This document shows positions 61,701-64,000 of a DNA stretch of 64,000 bases, one piece after another. The notes beneath the pieces are model-generated. The model ran no database searches, had not been told where the DNA came from, and saw nothing but the letters and a program-made list of their open reading frames with translations. Within the stretch, counting starts at the first letter, position 1. Each line of letters begins with the position of its first letter. Position numbers and translations under genes: made by a program. This stretch comes from Lama guanicoe (Eukaryota): assembly GCA_013239625.1 (NCBI GenBank), contig MU057355.1, forward strand, positions 14,126,738-14,190,737. The letters run 5' to 3'.

Positions 61701-62354
61701 CTCCACAGAAAGAATGTGGTTAGATCAAGTAAAAGTGGAGTCCTGGAACCCTCTGGAACAGGAGGGTTCAGTGCCACATCCTCTCCCACAGGGGACACAA
61801 TAAACAAATGCTGAATTTGCACAGGTGTTCCTCTACAGGTCTGTGCTGTTTCCAGTGTTACCAGTGAATAGTGGGCATGAAATGGTTAAAGAGAAAAACC
61901 AAGTTTGGTTCCCACTACTGGAGGAGTAGATGCTTGTTCATACTAAACAGGAAATACAGCCTAAAAGGGGCTGTTTACTGTGGAAGAGTCCTGGCTTCCT
62001 ATAGCCAGAGGCAGCTCGAAAAGAGATGTCCTTGATTCATAGTGAGCTTGGCAAAGACCAATGCAGATGAGGAGAAGCTGTCTTTTGGTCAAGTGGACCG
62101 CAGGAATTTTGCAGGCTATTTTGGGGGTTCAGCAGTGCCCGAACCTGTGCAGTAGCCAGCAGGAACAGCTAGAGCCATGAAGGATGAAGAATGTGCTTTA
62201 TGCTCAAGCTTGGTGGAATTGTTAGCAGAGACAACTGGTATGGTTCACGGGTCAAGCCAGTGAGTGATTGGTTTAAAGCCAGGATGATGAAAGAGGATTC
62301 AGATGTCATCTGTGCAGAGATATCTGCTTGGAAGAATCTGTCACCCTCACTGTG

Positions 62355-62770
62355 CGAGTGCTGTGATGAGCCTCCCAGACCCCCAGCAGGGATGTGAGCT
62401 GGGCTTACTCCCCAGCTGCCAGCACACAGCCCTCGTGTCAGTCCTCCTTGGAATTGCCTTGGCTGGGCTGCCTCACTCAGGGTCACGCCCCTTCCCAGGA
62501 CAGCCTGATCCAGACAGACTGATGCAGGGGTACAAAGGTCCAGCCCTTTTGCCCCAACTCAGGACAGCCCTGCAGTTACTGTGTCTATAGAACCCCTCAC
62601 AAAGTCAGCCCAAGGCTCCTGAGGTGACTACACTGAGACTTGACCTGTCACTCTGCCCAATCCAGCTTCCATCCACTCCCTTCCACGGGTGTGAACTCTA
62701 AGAGCAGTCCCTCAGAGATGCTCTGCACACTAATCTCCACCTCTGTATCTCCTTCCCTGCAGACTGGGAC
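62355..62770 (+). mobile_element. LTR16-family (ERVL) solo LTR, apparently nested in an old MLT1
   Basis: GGTCACGCCCCTTCCCAGG...CTCTGCCCAATCC.GCTTCC...CTGCACACTAATCTCCACCTC; MLT1-like end ATAAACCTT...CTGAGATTTGGG follows. Confidence 0.6.
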
Positions 62771-63429
62771 TTTCCCCTAATAAGCCGTGGGCTCCTCTGC
62801 AGCTCCCAGTGGGCAGTGGGGTCATGTGACAGGGTGCTGACCAATGGGAGGTGAGCAGAGTAAGGTTGCCCAGGGATCTTCCAGGGATGGTGGAGGCAAT
62901 GTGTGTGAGACGGCACAGGGTTACATGGAGGAGACTTGCATGCTTGGAAGATAAACCTTCGCTGTGTCTAAGCTCTGAGATTTGGGATTTGTTTTAGTTT
63001 CTGTGTTTGTTTTCTTACCAAACCCTAAGTTACCCTGTCTAATCTAATGCATTAGCTATACTCTTTCAAAACTTTTCTAATTCCACAAGTTAATACCTGA
63101 ATACATTATAAATATTTGTTGCTTGTCTTATGTCTGCTTAAATTATCTATTAGGGAAGTTTATCCCATTTTGTAGATTTAGTTATTCCCAATTAAACAGT
63201 ATGTCTAATGAATCCTTTTATTGTGTTTATAAATTTTAGTCATTCTCATGGTAATATTTCCAATGAATTCTGTTTTTGTGTGTATTTATAAAGTCCCAAG
63301 TGAACTAAACCCTTTAGGTATTTTAACAAATAAATCTGAACAGAACAGCTCCAACTGAAAATTGCAGTCAATGTTCTGATATCCTGAATAGAAAAATTGA
63401 GTAAATATAAGCACACGCATTGAATGAAT

Positions 63430-63880
63430 CTTTTAACCAATGTTAATTAAGCACCTATTATGTGTATCATGTGCTTGGAGTTTTGCTCTGTGAGAAGGGC
63501 TCCCAAGCCTCAGGAACTCATTGGTCAGTGGGAGAAGCAGACCTGGGTCCAACTGCCATTGGAGTTCAGTGTGGCAAGGACAGGCCAGGGTGCACAGGTG
63601 GCTGGAGGGAGGAAAGGAGGGCTCGACTCTGCCTGTGGAGGGCCAGGGAAAGTGCCACACAGATGACTCTTAAACCAGAACTTAAAGGAAAAGTTGGGAT
63701 TCACCAGGTACTTGAAGGGGGCCAGGAATTCCAGGCAGAGACATTAGAAACAGTGCGATGCATCCAGGATGACAGAGCTGGAACGGGAACCTGGCAGGGT
63801 GACAGAGGCATGGAAGGTGGGAGACGAGGTGGGAGAGCCAGCACTGCCGGATTCGGGAAGGTCTGTATGTGATGCTGTGG
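63430..63880 (-). mobile_element. L2 fragment
   Basis: TAATTAAGCACCTATTATGTG...GAATTCCAGGCAGAG. Confidence 0.55.
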
Positions 63881-64000
63881 GATTTGGACTTTGCCATTTA
63901 CTTTTTCATTCATTTATGACCATGTTTGTTGACCTGTTTAATTATTTCTCTTCTGTATGCTAAGGCAGACACAGTTTTATTTTGAGGGGTAGAGTTTTTG

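Noticed and set aside
49400-62770. Two same-orientation LTR16 elements as the ends of one provirus
   Set aside because: No primer-binding site, polypurine tract or ERVL internal sequence seen, and the two are quite divergent; more likely independent solo LTRs
1-64000. Prokaryote-style systems (CRISPR array, operon, defence island, prophage)
   Set aside because: The sequence is mammalian, with spliceosomal introns and SINE/LINE repeats; there is no repeat-spacer array or dense coding region

Overview
This is mammalian, not prokaryotic, genomic DNA. It is most likely camelid, because it carries Vic-1-type tRNA-derived SINEs and artiodactyl-type L1 3' ends. The only protein-coding gene I can support is ANKRD1 (CARP) on the minus strand. 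It has 9 coding exons (10012 to 2077), all with GT-AG introns, joining to 960 nt = 319 aa plus stop. It also has a TATA/GATA/MCAT/AP-1 promoter at about 10.1-10.7 kb, an AU-rich 3'UTR and a poly(A) signal at 1343-1348. The remaining ~54 kb is upstream intergenic sequence with old and lineage-specific transposons (L1, L2, CR1, MIR, MLT1, LTR16, hAT, Tigger), five N gaps and several non-repetitive blocks with enhancer-like motif clusters. Outside ANKRD1 exons and transposon fossils the ORF track is noise. I found no convincing new biological system. The best leads are a CTCF-like site with a correctly spaced upstream module, candidate distal enhancers, an old local duplication inside an L1, a possible intron-8-terminated isoform, and non-human residues at three positions reported as human cardiomyopathy variants. 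Repeat family names and human comparisons come from recalled sequences, and repeat boundaries are approximate.
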